A stretch of 64,000 nt of DNA from contig CBDCOX010000002.1 in the NCBI GenBank assembly GCA_965219995.1, positions 1,408,001-1,472,000 on the forward strand. Direction: 5' to 3'. The DNA comes from Candidatus Latescibacterota bacterium. Lineage in GTDB: Bacteria > Latescibacterota > UBA2968 > GCA-2709665. Position numbers and translations under genes: made by a program. Of this stretch, positions 29,156-37,738 are shown one piece after another. The notes beneath the pieces are model-generated. The model saw nothing but the letters and a program-made list of their open reading frames with translations. It did no database searches and was not told the DNA's origin. Positions within the stretch are counted from its first letter, which is position 1, and the number at the start of each line of letters is the position of its first letter.

Positions 29156-29298
29156 GTGTGAGCGGCTTACGCGGGGGGTCGGCTTCCGGTCTGCCCTTTG
29201 GCAAACGGGCACCGTATATGAAGGAAACGTGTGTGGTCGATTGACAGATATTGCATTGGTCGCGAGAGACTCGCGTGGCAGGATCGATTGATGAGCGC

Positions 29299-29322
29299 GG
29301 CAGACAGGAATGTCTGCCCCAC
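29299..29322 (-). repeat. REP-like palindrome with GTGG foot
   Basis: Minus strand GTGG-GGCAGACA-TTCC-TGTCTGCC: perfect 8-bp stem preceded by a GTRG tetranucleotide. Confidence 0.6.
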
Positions 29323-29588
29323 CCTCAAGTCGGCTTCCTCAACGTTTCGGCAAGCCATCGTTGTCAGTTGTCGGCCTGTCAGACAGTCGATGGGCAGTAT
29401 GTTTCGTTTTATTCAATATATCTTCAATTAAATTGAATTATGTTTAATGTTGAAAAACATAAGTCAACGCCACATCGTTACGGCACAAACCCCAGTGCAA
29501 TGATCCGGGACTCGACCGTTCCAAAACAGAGGTACGGATTCATCACTTTAGCCCGCAATAGTGAGCATATATTCTGCTCTTGATTTTA

Positions 29589-29620
29589 ATCCTGAATATC
29601 CTGTTTATCCATGTAAGTTT
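29589..29620 (-). repeat. Family A repeat, inverted copy
   Basis: Reverse complement AAACTTACATGGATAAACAGGATATTCAGGAT is 27/32 identical to 27978-28009. Confidence 0.8.
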
Positions 29621-29626
29621 GAGTCT

Positions 29627-30340
29627 ATGAACAAAAGTCTGCTGACAAATCTCATATCGCTCGGGCTCATCGGCGCAGGTACGATCAGCCCGTTATATCG
29701 GGAACAGATCCTGACCGTCGGCCTGTTCGCGACCTCAGGTGCGTTCACGAACTGGCTGGCCGTACACATGCTCTTCGAAAAAGTTCCCGGGCTGTACGGA
29801 TCCGGTGTGGTGCCCGCGCGCTTCGAAGAATTCAAAGCCGGGATTCGAAAGCTCATCATGGAGCAGTTCTTCACGCGCGAGAAGGTGGAAGAGTTCCTCG
29901 CCATGGAATCCCCGCACGACACCGAGCCCTTCGACCCGGACCCGGTTGTCGACGCCGTTGATTACGATCGCATCTATGCCGGTTTCGTCGACGTCGTACT
30001 CGCTTCGCCATTTGGCGGCATGCTCGGCATCGTGGGCGGCGCCAGAGCGCTCGAACCGCTAAGGGACCCGTTCAAGACCAAGATGAAGGAGGAACTTCGC
30101 GACATGCTGCTTTCCCGCACTTTCAAAGACGCCATCATAGACGGACTGCAAAGCGCTCACGCCGGCGAAGCACTGGTGGCCAGGGCGGACACGATCGTGA
30201 CCCGCCGGCTGGAGGAACTCACACCCGAAATGGTCAAGCGGATCGTTCAGGATATGATCCGCGAACACCTTGGCTGGCTTGTGGTCTGGGGCGGCGTTTT
30301 TGGCGGTTTCCTCGGACTCGTCGCCAGTTTCGTCCGGTAA
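29627..30340 (+). CDS. DUF445 family protein
   Basis: MNKSLLTN..GAFTNWLAVHMLFEKVPGLYGSGV..HLGWLVVWGGVFGG. Confidence 0.88.
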   Translation: MNKSLLTNLISLGLIGAGTISPLYREQILTVGLFATSGAFTNWLAVHMLFEKVPGLYGSGVVPARFEEFKAGIRKLIMEQFFTREKVEEFLAMESPHDTEPFDPDPVVDAVDYDRIYAGFVDVVLASPFGGMLGIVGGARALEPLRDPFKTKMKEELRDMLLSRTFKDAIIDGLQSAHAGEALVARADTIVTRRLEELTPEMVKRIVQDMIREHLGWLVVWGGVFGGFLGLVASFVR

Positions 30341-30346
30341 CATCCC

Positions 30347-32143
30347 ATGTTCGTGTACGACGGAAACTGCGGCTTCTGCGTACAATGGGTGGAACGCATT
30401 CGCGCCGCCGCCGGCGACCGGGTGGCGTTCGCGCCGTCGCAGGAGGTCGGCGGCCGGTTTCCGCAGATCGCTCCGGAGCAGTTCGAAAACGCCGTCCAGT
30501 GGATCGGTCCTGACGGCGACGTCTGCAGCGGCGCCGAAGCGGCATTGCGGGTACTCGCGGTCACCGGTCCCGCGGGGAAGCTGCTGTGGTGGGCTTACCG
30601 GCGGCTGCCCGGGTTTGCCGCGTGCGCGGAAGCGTGTTACCGTCTGGTCGCCCGCAACCGGAAAACCGTGTCAACGGCGACCCGATGGCTCTGGGGGCAG
30701 GACCTCCGCCGGCCCGGGTACCGCACGTCCGCCGATCTGTTCCTGCGCGCCCTGGCTGTCATCTACCTGATTGCTTTCCTGTCGTTCTGGGTGCAGGCGC
30801 ACGGCCTCATCGGCGCCCGGGGCATCCTGCCGATCGACGAATCCGTTCGATTGGCCGCGGAAAGAGGCCACCCGCTCCGGTTCCCCACCCTGTTCTGGTT
30901 CGATCAGAGCGACGCCTTCATACACGGCCTCTGCGGCGCGGGTACGCTGCTTGCAATCGTCGCCGCGCTCGTTCCCGCTTCCGCCCTGCTATTCCTGATG
31001 CTGTGGATCGGATACCTTTCCATCGTCACGGGCGGCGGCCCCTTTCTGTCCTTTCAGTGGGACGTCCTTCTCCTGGAGGCCGGTCTGCTGGCCGTGTTTC
31101 TCGCGCCCTGGAAACTTTCGCCGAGACACCGCGCCCAAGAGCCCCCACGACTCGTCGCCTGGCTCTTTCGCTGGCTGCTGTTCCGCTTCATATTCGCCTC
31201 CGGTGTTGTAAAGCTCACCAGCGGCGACGCGACCTGGCGCGACCTCAGCGCACTCACGTACCACTACCAGACACAGCCCCTTCCCAATCCGCTGGCGTGG
31301 TACGCGCACCATCTGCCGGAAAGCATCCACGTCGTTTCCGTGGCCGCGATGTTCACCATCGAGCTGGCGGTGCCCTTCTTCATCTTCGCGCCGCGACGCC
31401 TTCGGATTGCGGCCTGCGCATTGCTTGCCGGCCTCCAACTCGTCATCGCGCTCACCGGAAACTACACCTTTTTCAACCTGCTCGCGGCGGCCCTCTGTCT
31501 CTGGCTGATCGACGACGCGTCGTGGCCGAAACGCCTGAGAGCACCGCATCCCGGCGCCGATCCCGGACCCCCGAAGCTGCAAAGACTGGCGGCAGTGCCG
31601 CTTGCCGTTCTGATCGTGACCCTGAGCCTCGTGTACCTCTACAGCTTCAGCCTGCGAATGAGACCCCGCTGGCCTGAACCCCTGATCGCGCTCAACCGGG
31701 CCGTGGCCCCGTTCAACATGGTGAACAACTACGGCCTCTTCCAGGTGATGACCACGCGAAGGCCGGAAATCATCCTGGAAGGCAGTAGGGACGGCAAGAC
31801 CTGGCTGCGCTACGAATTTCGGTACAAACCCGGCGCGCCGGACCGACGACCCCCGGTTGCGGCGCCGCACCAGCCCCGTCTGGACTGGCAGATGTGGTTC
31901 GCCGCGCTCGGCCATTACCGGCAGAGCCCGTGGTTCGTCCACTTCTGTCTGCGCCTGCTCGAAGGATCGCCGGCAGTGGCCGACCTGCTTGCCCGGAATC
32001 CCTTTCCCGAAGGCCCGCCGCGTTACCTCCGGGCGCAGCTGTACGACTATCGCTTCACAACCCCGGACGAAAAGAGCCGGTCGGGAGACTGGTGGAAGCG
32101 CACGTTTCTCAAAGCGTATCTTCCGAAAATTCAGCGGAGATAG
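30347..32143 (+). CDS. DCC1-like (DUF393) thiol-disulfide domain fused to lipase maturation factor (LMF1) domain
   Basis: YDGNCGFC..YRLVARNR then FQWDVLLLEAG, HYQTQPLPNP, GNYTFFN, PHQPRLDWQMWFA. Confidence 0.9.
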   Translation: MFVYDGNCGFCVQWVERIRAAAGDRVAFAPSQEVGGRFPQIAPEQFENAVQWIGPDGDVCSGAEAALRVLAVTGPAGKLLWWAYRRLPGFAACAEACYRLVARNRKTVSTATRWLWGQDLRRPGYRTSADLFLRALAVIYLIAFLSFWVQAHGLIGARGILPIDESVRLAAERGHPLRFPTLFWFDQSDAFIHGLCGAGTLLAIVAALVPASALLFLMLWIGYLSIVTGGGPFLSFQWDVLLLEAGLLAVFLAPWKLSPRHRAQEPPRLVAWLFRWLLFRFIFASGVVKLTSGDATWRDLSALTYHYQTQPLPNPLAWYAHHLPESIHVVSVAAMFTIELAVPFFIFAPRRLRIAACALLAGLQLVIALTGNYTFFNLLAAALCLWLIDDASWPKRLRAPHPGADPGPPKLQRLAAVPLAVLIVTLSLVYLYSFSLRMRPRWPEPLIALNRAVAPFNMVNNYGLFQVMTTRRPEIILEGSRDGKTWLRYEFRYKPGAPDRRPPVAAPHQPRLDWQMWFAALGHYRQSPWFVHFCLRLLEGSPAVADLLARNPFPEGPPRYLRAQLYDYRFTTPDEKSRSGDWWKRTFLKAYLPKIQRR

Positions 32144-32188
32144 CCGGGACGGCGCAAAGGAGGGTTCGAGTGGCGCCAATCCGATCGC

Positions 32189-33145
32189 TCAGTGTGCCAG
32201 CGCGTCTCGGACCACGTCCGCAATTTCGGGATAGAGACGCGGGGTTTCGAGACTGCACAAGACGACGTGGCCGTCGACGAACCTGCGCGCGATCTCGAAC
32301 TCCGCCCGCACCCGGTCCGGTGAACGCACGAGATACGGATCCGCATAAAGCCCGATAAACGGCACGAACGTGTTCCGTTTCGGGACCTCGAGCCGCTTCA
32401 TCTCCGCGGTCTCGAATGCCACGCGCTCCAGGCTCCAGTGCGGGGGATAGAACCAGGAAGTCGTCTGCGTACAATAGTCCAGTCGCAGCCGGTTTCCGTA
32501 ATATTCGTTGGGATAGAACGGCGGCCAGACGTGGTTGGTCACAATCGCGTTCGGTTTGATCGCCTTTGCGTGTTCGTACAGGACCTCGGAAACCGTGATC
32601 AGGCTCGCTTCCGACATTCGCGCCAGCAGTTCGGGTTCGTGGGCTTCGGGCTGCTCTTCAGCCATCGTCTTCCGGATGGCGGCGCATCGATCGCAGAAAC
32701 ACGCATAGTGGTTCCTGAAACCGAACCCGTCGAACGCAACGCCGTCCGCGATTTCGAGCGCCCTGCTTACCCGCTCCTTCAGAAACGATCTCGACGCCTC
32801 GTGCTCGAAGCATAGCGTCGGGCCGTCCTGTACGATGGAAAACCACCGGTGCGACAGGAGCTGGAAGTTAGCCGGCGTGCCCTCGTGCCCGGCGCGGGCG
32901 ATTTCGTCCTCGGCGGGCAGCAGCCGTTGCAGACACTCCGGATGCGCCCTTGCGAACGCGTCTGAAGGCCTGGCGTACACGATGGCGACGATCTTCACGT
33001 CCATCTCGGCGCCGCGTCGCACCATCGCCTCGGACGGATCTCGCACGATCAGGGTATCGAAGCCTAAATCGCTCGCGAATTCCACGATCTCCCGCTGCTG
33101 CGCTTCGGTCTCCACCGGCAGATGCCAGTCCCAGGCCGCCTTCAT
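32189..33145 (-). CDS. Hypothetical TIM-barrel glycoside-hydrolase-like protein
   Basis: LGFDTLIV, HPECLQ, LCF, DGVAFD..CFCDRC pattern as in GH42/GHL10-like proteins; start ATG 33145 with GGAGAGG SD. Confidence 0.55.
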   Translation of the reverse strand: MKAAWDWHLPVETEAQQREIVEFASDLGFDTLIVRDPSEAMVRRGAEMDVKIVAIVYARPSDAFARAHPECLQRLLPAEDEIARAGHEGTPANFQLLSHRWFSIVQDGPTLCFEHEASRSFLKERVSRALEIADGVAFDGFGFRNHYACFCDRCAAIRKTMAEEQPEAHEPELLARMSEASLITVSEVLYEHAKAIKPNAIVTNHVWPPFYPNEYYGNRLRLDYCTQTTSWFYPPHWSLERVAFETAEMKRLEVPKRNTFVPFIGLYADPYLVRSPDRVRAEFEIARRFVDGHVVLCSLETPRLYPEIADVVRDALAH

Positions 33146-33243
33146 GTTTCCTCTCCGAATCCTACGCAGGTGTCGCGTCCGATAGACGCTCTTTCGTGCA
33201 TACGCCGATTCGTCCAGTCTCGCCAAGTTCCCTCGAACAGCCA

Positions 33244-33400
33244 AAACGTGGTCATTGAGCCCGTCGCAGTGTGGGTTCCGTTACTCGTCGGCTGTTCTTC
33301 GCTGCCCTTCACCGACCCTTCGACCCTTCGACAAGCTCAGGGCACCGCATGCTCAGGGAGCGGCTCAGGACTCAGGCGCGGATTCCTGAGCCCTGAGCCG
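33244..33400. repeat. REP-like family C cluster (TGAGCTTGTCGAA / GCTCAGG units)
   Basis: CCCTTCGACAAGCTCAGGG at 33324-33342; AAACGTGGTCATTGAGC at 33244 is identical to 39261; hairpin CGGCTCAGG..CCTGAGCCG at 33361-33400. Confidence 0.7.
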
Positions 33401-34559
33401 CTTTCCGGATCGCTTCGGTCAGCTTACGAACCCGGGCCTGCGAATTGTCCGGATGCATCGGGATCAGCACGGCGCGGCTGAGTATATCCAGGGAATCCCT
33501 GCACATATCCATCGAGTAGGTCACGTTCAGCTTGCGGTTCGCCGGAAAGTTGTACGGATTCATATCCGGGTGATGCGCGCCCTGTTTCCTCATGACCGGG
33601 TCCCACCGGGTATAGACGTGCCGCCCGGTATCGATCGGCAGGAATCCTCGGGCCCCGTTCCCGCTCAGACCGTCCGCGAAAGCCCTCGCCGATTCCTCGT
33701 TCGGAAAGATAAACCCCAGGTTGCTTCCGCATTCGTACGAAAGACTGTTGTTGACGATGGACGTCAGTCCGGCCGCCTCTCCCGCCTTCAGCAGCTGGCG
33801 TTTGTGTGCGCCCATCTTTTCCAGCATCCCGTCGAGACGTCGCAACTGGGCATTCAGAATGGCGCCGGAAACCTCCGGCGCCCTGAAATTCATGCCCGCG
33901 AACTGCTCGTCCTCTTTCTTCCGGTCCGGATTCCAATAATACGAGCAGCAATCCGAGGCCACGGAGGCGCGACCGAAAACCGCTTTGTTGTTGGTGACGA
34001 ATGCCCCGCCTTCGCCGCTGGATATATTCTTGTAGAAGTTGAAACTGAAAGCGCCCGCGTGTCCGATCGAACCCAGCATTCGTCCCTCGTAGGCGCCGCC
34101 TACCGCCTGGCACGCGTCCTCCAGTACGAGCAGCTTGTGCCTGCGCGCAATACCCATCAGCGCCTTCATATTGCAAGGCAGACCCCACATATGCACGGGA
34201 ATGATCGCTTTCGTATGGCGTGTCAGGCGGCGCTCGACGCCTTCCGGCGAGAGCGTGATGGACTCATCCACGTCGGCTACGACGGGAATCGCCCCCGCCG
34301 ACAGGACCGCCAGCGCGGTGGCCATATAGGTACACGCCGGGACGATGACTTCATCGCCGGGGCCCACCTTCAACCCCACCAGTGCGCAATACAACGCCGA
34401 AGTCCCGCTGGTGGTCATCCTGGCGTACTTCACGCCCAGATGCTTCGCCCAACTTGCCTCGAACCGGTCGCATTCTCCCGTACGTCCGTACCGAAAGATG
34501 CCGCCATCGTCGAACAGCCGTTTGACACGCCCCAGTTCCAGGTCGCCGATGCGATACAT
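33372..34559 (-). CDS. DegT/DnrJ/EryC1/StrS family PLP aminotransferase
   Basis: SGTSAL, VHMWG, EDACQA, FSFNFYKNISSGEGG. Confidence 0.92.
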   Translation of the reverse strand: MYRIGDLELGRVKRLFDDGGIFRYGRTGECDRFEASWAKHLGVKYARMTTSGTSALYCALVGLKVGPGDEVIVPACTYMATALAVLSAGAIPVVADVDESITLSPEGVERRLTRHTKAIIPVHMWGLPCNMKALMGIARRHKLLVLEDACQAVGGAYEGRMLGSIGHAGAFSFNFYKNISSGEGGAFVTNNKAVFGRASVASDCCSYYWNPDRKKEDEQFAGMNFRAPEVSGAILNAQLRRLDGMLEKMGAHKRQLLKAGEAAGLTSIVNNSLSYECGSNLGFIFPNEESARAFADGLSGNGARGFLPIDTGRHVYTRWDPVMRKQGAHHPDMNPYNFPANRKLNVTYSMDMCRDSLDILSRAVLIPMHPDNSQARVRKLTEAIRKAAQGSGIRA

Positions 34560-34577
34560 AACGGACTCCTTTCCGGG

Positions 34578-35231
34578 TTACGGGACGGCCGCTTCCGCTG
34601 CCCGCCCAGAAGACCCGTTCCTCTGAAGCCGCCTGAAGACGTGCGCATACGCCAGGAACGTCACCGGCACGGTCAGGAACAGGCCCACCAGCAGGCAGAG
34701 CGCGCCGCCGACATTGATCAGCACCGCGAGCAGCCCGAAAAGAAACAGGCGCCACCTTTCGCCCCGGGTCGTTTCGGCGCTGCGACGCAGGGCCGCCACC
34801 GCCCCCGCGCCTCCATCTGCGATGTGAAAGGCGTAGAACTGAAACAGGACCATCAGAAAAATCCCCGGCACGATAAGCAGAACCAGCCCGACAAGCACCA
34901 TCAGAGCGGCAAAGAGGGATGCGATAAAGTACGCCGGCGCAAGCGGATAGTGAATGAAAAGATCGGAGACGCGCGCCGTTCGACCGTCGTGCAAACTCAG
35001 GGCCACGACGACCAGGCCCACGTCCATGATGATACCGGCGACAAGAGCGAAGATCCCGAAAACAAACGCCCAGCCCTCTGAGTACGCGTTCACCTTGAAG
35101 ACGATGCCGTTCAGGATCAGCGTGATCGCCAGGTACAGTAGCCCGAGCCCGATAAAAAACGCGAGGTTGCCCGATGTTGTCCGCCAACCGTACCGCAGCG
35201 CGCCGGCAATGGAAAACCTATGCGCGTTCAT
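34578..35231 (-). CDS. Integral membrane protein (DUF975/GDPD membrane-domain-like)
   Basis: LLIVPGI..ALRRS..TRG..G.LCLLVGLFLTVP..AY pattern. Confidence 0.7.
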   Translation of the reverse strand: MNAHRFSIAGALRYGWRTTSGNLAFFIGLGLLYLAITLILNGIVFKVNAYSEGWAFVFGIFALVAGIIMDVGLVVVALSLHDGRTARVSDLFIHYPLAPAYFIASLFAALMVLVGLVLLIVPGIFLMVLFQFYAFHIADGGAGAVAALRRSAETTRGERWRLFLFGLLAVLINVGGALCLLVGLFLTVPVTFLAYAHVFRRLQRNGSSGRAAEAAVP

Positions 35232-36408
35232 AATCGGCTTCCGTTTCGCAGAAGAGAGAATCCCTGGACGGTTGTGTCCCCGTGTTCGACAGAATGGCCG
35301 CCTTGGTCCTGCATTCCTCGTACTCGCCCCCGGCGCTGGAATCGTGGGTCACGCCGCTTCCCACGCCGAATTCCGCGAGGCCGTTCTCCCGATCGACGGT
35401 CACAGTACGTATGGCGACGTTGAACTGCGCCTCGGGACCGGGTGATATGTACCCGATGCTGCCTGTATAGACTCCGCGCGGGGAGTCCTCCAGTTCCGAG
35501 ATAATCTCCATGGTCCGCACTTTCGGCGCGCCCGTGACGGACCCGCAGGGAAAGGCCGCCCACAGGAGATCCCGGACGCCCAGGCCGGAACGGAGACGGG
35601 ATTGCACGGTAGACGTCATCTGCAGCACCGTTTCGTACCGCTCCACCTCCCACAATGCCGGCGCCCGGACACTGCCGGTTTCAGATACCCGCCCCAGGTC
35701 ATTGCGCAGCATGTCCACGATCATCACGTTTTCCGCGCGATCTTTCGACGACCACTTCAAGTCGTCGAACAATAGCCGGTCCTCTTCCGGCCACCGGCCG
35801 CGACGACGTGTCCCTTTCATTGGACGAGCCGTGAGTTCACCTGATTTCAAACGGAAGAACAGCTCGGGAGACGCAGACAGCACCTGAAACCGTCCGAAGT
35901 CCAGGTAAGCCGAATATGCCGTCGGCTGCGACCGGCACAGGTCTGTATAGAAGGCGCCCGCGTCCCCTTCAAATTCAGCCCGCATCCGGTAGGTGAAATT
36001 GACCTGATACGTATCGCCTGCGGCGATGTACGCGCGAATTCCTGCCACCACGTCTTCGTACTCATCCCTGCCGATGGACGGTCGCCACGCCGAATGCGAA
36101 TATGCACGACGGGAGCAAAAACGGCCAACCGTGGCCGGCGTCCGCCGCTCAAACAAGCCGAACCAGACCAGGGGCAATGCGCCGTACGGACGGGTCTTCA
36201 GCGCGGGGTCCAATCCGGAGGCTGCTTCGTACGCGATGAATCCCGCGGCGTGCAGACCGCGGGATACGGCGCGTTCCACTTCCGTCAGCGCCGCGTACAC
36301 GTCCGCCGGACAGCGGGCGACGACCTGATCGACGCATCCGGAAAACGCGTATGAAGCGCCATCCTGGTCCGAACGATTGCATTCAAGCAGCACCGCAGGT
36401 TCATTCAT
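35218..36408 (-). CDS. pabB: Aminodeoxychorismate synthase component I
   Basis: GDTYQVNF, SASPELFF, PMKGT, KDRAENVMIVDMLRNDLGRV, FPCGSVTGAPK, FNVAIRT. Confidence 0.92.
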   Translation of the reverse strand: MNEPAVLLECNRSDQDGASYAFSGCVDQVVARCPADVYAALTEVERAVSRGLHAAGFIAYEAASGLDPALKTRPYGALPLVWFGLFERRTPATVGRFCSRRAYSHSAWRPSIGRDEYEDVVAGIRAYIAAGDTYQVNFTYRMRAEFEGDAGAFYTDLCRSQPTAYSAYLDFGRFQVLSASPELFFRLKSGELTARPMKGTRRRGRWPEEDRLLFDDLKWSSKDRAENVMIVDMLRNDLGRVSETGSVRAPALWEVERYETVLQMTSTVQSRLRSGLGVRDLLWAAFPCGSVTGAPKVRTMEIISELEDSPRGVYTGSIGYISPGPEAQFNVAIRTVTVDRENGLAEFGVGSGVTHDSSAGGEYEECRTKAAILSNTGTQPSRDSLFCETEADYERA

Positions 36409-36442
36409 ATGCAACCCGACGCGTTTGACAGGGAGTAGACGA

Positions 36443-37246
36443 TCAATTCTTCGCCCAGTTTCCGTACACGTCCACGTCCACTCCCTCCACCTTCGGCCGG
36501 ACGCCCTTTACGATAAAGCCGGGACGCCCCATGCCCTGCCCGCCTTCCTGCCGGTTGCGGGGGTCCCTGAATCCCAGCCGCACGAGGCGACGCCAGTTGC
36601 CGCTGTGATTGACTGCCGATCCGTGAATGGTCCACAGGTAGAACAGGACAACGTCTCCTGCTTTTGCCGGGACCGACACGGCGTCCTGGAGCCGATACCG
36701 GTCCGTGGGAAGATGCGGGGCGGTGCCGGCGCCCGTAATATGCTCCAGCTTTCCGAGCCGGTGGGACCCCTTGAGGAACTTGATGCATCCGCTGGTTTCG
36801 TCGGCGTCGTCCAGGTGCACCAGGCAATCCGCGTACCGGCCGTCTTCGTGTGGAAAGAACGGCAAATCCTGGTGCATGGGAAACGGCGCCCCCTTGTCCG
36901 GCGGCTTCGCGTGCAGCGTGACATGGTGCAACTCAACAGCATCCGATCCCAGGAGATCGCCGACCGAGGCACCCAGTTCCCGCTTCGTGATAGCGCGGGA
37001 CCAGGCTGCGGAATAATGCTGCAATTCGTGGATGGCCACCAGCGTTGCCACCGCGTCCTCCTCTTCGTCCATATACTCTTTCCGCCAGGGCCCTTTCCAT
37101 GCGGAGTCCCAGTTCGCGAACTCCGTCATGATGTAGTCCAGTTCATCGCCCATCTCGCGGACTTCCTCTCGAGAGAACATGCCTTCGAGTCGGATGTATC
37201 CGTTTTCACGAAAAAAGGCGACCTGCGACTCGCTCAGCGTTTCCAT
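36443..37246 (-). CDS. PhyH family dioxygenase
   Basis: FFRENGY, PMHQD, KGSH, AGDV..IHGSAVN.S..R. Confidence 0.9.
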   Translation of the reverse strand: METLSESQVAFFRENGYIRLEGMFSREEVREMGDELDYIMTEFANWDSAWKGPWRKEYMDEEEDAVATLVAIHELQHYSAAWSRAITKRELGASVGDLLGSDAVELHHVTLHAKPPDKGAPFPMHQDLPFFPHEDGRYADCLVHLDDADETSGCIKFLKGSHRLGKLEHITGAGTAPHLPTDRYRLQDAVSVPAKAGDVVLFYLWTIHGSAVNHSGNWRRLVRLGFRDPRNRQEGGQGMGRPGFIVKGVRPKVEGVDVDVYGNWAKN

Positions 37247-37281
37247 ATCGGGTAATCTCCCGTTCAATTGTGTCCCACCGC

Positions 37282-37662
37282 CTATCTGCCGCCGATGACG
37301 ATGAGGAACGCGCTTTCTTCTACGGCCTTTACAGCGTGGCGGAGGTTTGCCGTGAAGGAAACCGCAGAACCGGATTCCAGCGTCGCCTCCTCGGCTCCGG
37401 ACGATATCCGGATTCGTCCACTCAGAAGAACCATGGTGGCGGGGCCCGGGGCCCTGTGTTCGTGCAGTACCGCGCCCTCCTTCATAACAGTAAGGACCAC
37501 GGTCATCTCATCCCCTCGAACCAGGGAAAGCGCGTTCCGACCGGATTCAGCGAAGGCGTCTTCCACCATAAGCTGTTCGGCCATGGCGTGTAACGGAAAG
37601 GACTCCATCCAGGTCTCGTTCACTTTCAAAGGTCGATAGGGTCGCTCAAAAGCTTTAACCAT
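37282..37662 (-). CDS. Cupin domain protein
   Basis: LHEHRAPG..LSG..HAVKA.EES. Confidence 0.8.
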   Translation of the reverse strand: MVKAFERPYRPLKVNETWMESFPLHAMAEQLMVEDAFAESGRNALSLVRGDEMTVVLTVMKEGAVLHEHRAPGPATMVLLSGRIRISSGAEEATLESGSAVSFTANLRHAVKAVEESAFLIVIGGR

Positions 37663-37738
37663 TCCGTGAACTCCTCTTTGACGCCACAGGGTTCAGTCTC
37701 GGATTCTCATGGGTCCTCGTCCCGGGATGAATGGCGGA

